Assembly (NCBI GenBank): GCA_030390025.1
Contig: CM059434.1
Coordinates: 43,958,001 to 44,022,000, forward strand
Direction: 5' to 3'
DNA: 64,000 bases
Origin: Squalus acanthias
Taxonomy: Eukaryota
Position numbers and translations under genes: made by a program
The notes under the pieces: generated by a model
Told to the model about the DNA's origin: nothing
Databases searched by the model: none
Seen by the model: only the letters and a program-made list of their open reading frames with translations
In this document: positions 62,060-64,000 of the stretch, piece after piece
How the letters are laid out: each line of letters begins with the position of its first letter
How positions within the stretch are numbered: position 1 is the first letter of the stretch

Positions 62060-62990
62060 GTGAGCACACATAAAAAAATGTATCTGGATTGGTTTTATAT
62101 ACTGGTAGATTTCCCATGGTGTTGCACACAGTAAATAAAGTGCTAAACTCTTTTACAAGGGTAGAAGTGTTATACCATGTAATCCACAAGTTATCATTCT
62201 GTCAAGGTGCAACAGAGACCTTTTAAGGCTACAGAGCCTAATTATTGTTAAGTAAACAGAGACACACGTTATTCAGATTTTAATTGGTGTTTGTCCAGGA
62301 AACTTTGCAGATCATAATGTGCTTGTCAGGTTCAGGCTGCATGTGAGAAGTACACATCAGAAGCACCTGGTTTATCAAGATTGTTTTGTGTCTGTAACAA
62401 TGTATGACGTCTGGTGTGTAACATCTGGAGTGTGACGTCCAGAGTGTGAGCTTTGCATACTGTGTTGCCATTTTCAATATATTACTAGCCAGTCTCCCAT
62501 GGTGTTGCTCACAGCTGGGCAGATGAGGTGCTGCGTTATGAGAGCCGCTTTGTGCCATGCAATACTCAACGTAATATTTTGATAAAGTAGAGCCCTTGTC
62601 TCCTTAAGGCAACAAAGTCTGATTGTTGTTAAGTAAACACACGCTCAGGTCACTTAGAGTTCAATTGTTGTTCAGTCAGCAAATTTGCTAATTGTAAAGT
62701 GCCTGTTAGTTTTGGGTCCAGGTCAGGAGCACCCAGCATTCAGTAACTGGCGTTTTGTCTCTTCTTTTCAGATTGGCTGTTTTGTATATGTAACAGAGTG
62801 TGACACTTGGTACACACTGCTGTACTGTTTCTAATATATTACTAGTGGATCTCCTGTGGTATTGGTCATGGTAAATTAGATGATACGCTGTTTAAACTGA
62901 CATTACTATTATACCATGTCACACACAATGTATTCTGCTGTGTTTTAAGCTGGTTTGTCCCTTTAAGGGTTACACTTACAGTTATTGCTT
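62060..62990 (+). repeat. Old tandem triplication, period about 360-380 bp
   Basis: tcccatggtgttgc-like at about 62112, 62494 and 62851. taaggc.aca...ttgttaagtaaaca at 62224 and 62605, partially at 62964. Confidence 0.7.
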
Positions 62991-63508
62991 TGGCTTCCTT
63001 CCCTTCTGACCAATGTCACAAGTCATCCTCCTGACTAAGAGTGCAGGCAGTAACCAAGTTTGAGGCCACTGGGAATGTCACTCTTCATTCAACACAAACA
63101 CTTCCTCACCACCCGACAAACCACCTGAGATCAGGAACTCACTTGTGAGAAATGATGACTGCCGATCCACATCTTATCAGTCACTGAACTGACATAACCA
63201 TTGGATTTCGGGTTTTTTTTTTAAGTGAAAATGAGCATGCGTACGTTGAAGTAACAGTTAGAAAGCTGAATCTATGAAACTGACTTGAAATTGACATATA
63301 CAAAATCGACACATGCTCAGAAAAGTAACAGTGCAGCTTAAAGCAAATTAAGTTCTGTGTCAATATATGCACAGGGGACACCAAGCAGCCCACATCCTCC
63401 TCCACCACCGCCCGCCCCCTCCCCCCCCTAACCCCCACTGCCACCATTCTATTTCATCTTCTATCGCCAGTAATAAATGTAAATAAAAGAAATTGGCCAG
63501 TGCTCTAC

Positions 63509-63566
63509 GGTAAAGGTTAATTACACATTGGTAAAGGTTAATTACACAACGGTAAAGGTTAATTAC
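63509..63566 (+). repeat. 3 x 21 bp tandem repeat
   Basis: GGTAAAGGTTAATTAC at 63509, 63530 and 63551. Confidence 0.9.
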
Positions 63567-64000
63567 GGTGCTTTTATTTTACGAGTGTGAAACACCCGTA
63601 ACTGACAGGTGATGAAATCATGCACAATGTCTTTCTGAGTGATCTAACCCCAGCAATCAGCTCCTAATGATGTCAGTTTGAGTTTGCCGTGTGTCACTTT
63701 GTGACTCTCTGCTGTTTGAAACATGGCACCATGCTGGTTTGAAATGAACAAGCCATTACTTGGCCCTGGATACAATGCAGCTAAGGCATTGCTTTGTGTG
63801 CATGGCACATCATTTTTGAGTTACACTGTGGTGAATCTTATATGGTGAAAATATCACCCTGGGCCAGAGGATATAGTCACGTCTTAAGAAACTAATCACT
63901 TTGATCAAGAATGCATTCCCAAACTGGTGAGGGGTTGGATTTTAAGTGTTGTAGGAGCCTTGTTGTGTGGTAAATTATCTTGCAAGTTTAAAGTGGAGTG

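Overview
Vertebrate genomic DNA, most likely from a shark or other cartilaginous fish. This is inferred from the repeat complement: an HE1-type V-SINE, SacSINE1/DeuSINE-type SINEs, and shark-type CR1 and L2 LINEs. The window covers the 5' part of SOX6 on the minus strand. The canonical first coding exon (MSSKQAASP...QHRA, 8312->8070) is clear and has a tandem CAGCAG acceptor. I also find three candidate alternative upstream exons (about 25.5, 42.2 and 47.8 kb). Each has an ATG, an open frame and a phase-2 GT donor that would join in frame to that exon and give a different N-terminal extension. The rest is intron: a decayed 3.3 kb CR1 LINE, L2/CR1/Tx1 3' fragments, a solo LTR, at least four SINE families, hairpin/MITE-like elements, and tandem repeats including a 12 x 47 bp minisatellite grown from inside a SINE. 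Several short foldback insertions carry minimal hammerhead ribozyme motifs typical of Penelope-like elements. There are two N gaps. No prokaryotic-type systems or CRISPR arrays are present. Repeat boundaries were read by eye and are approximate unless a TSD is given. Family names come from recalled consensus features, not from a database search.
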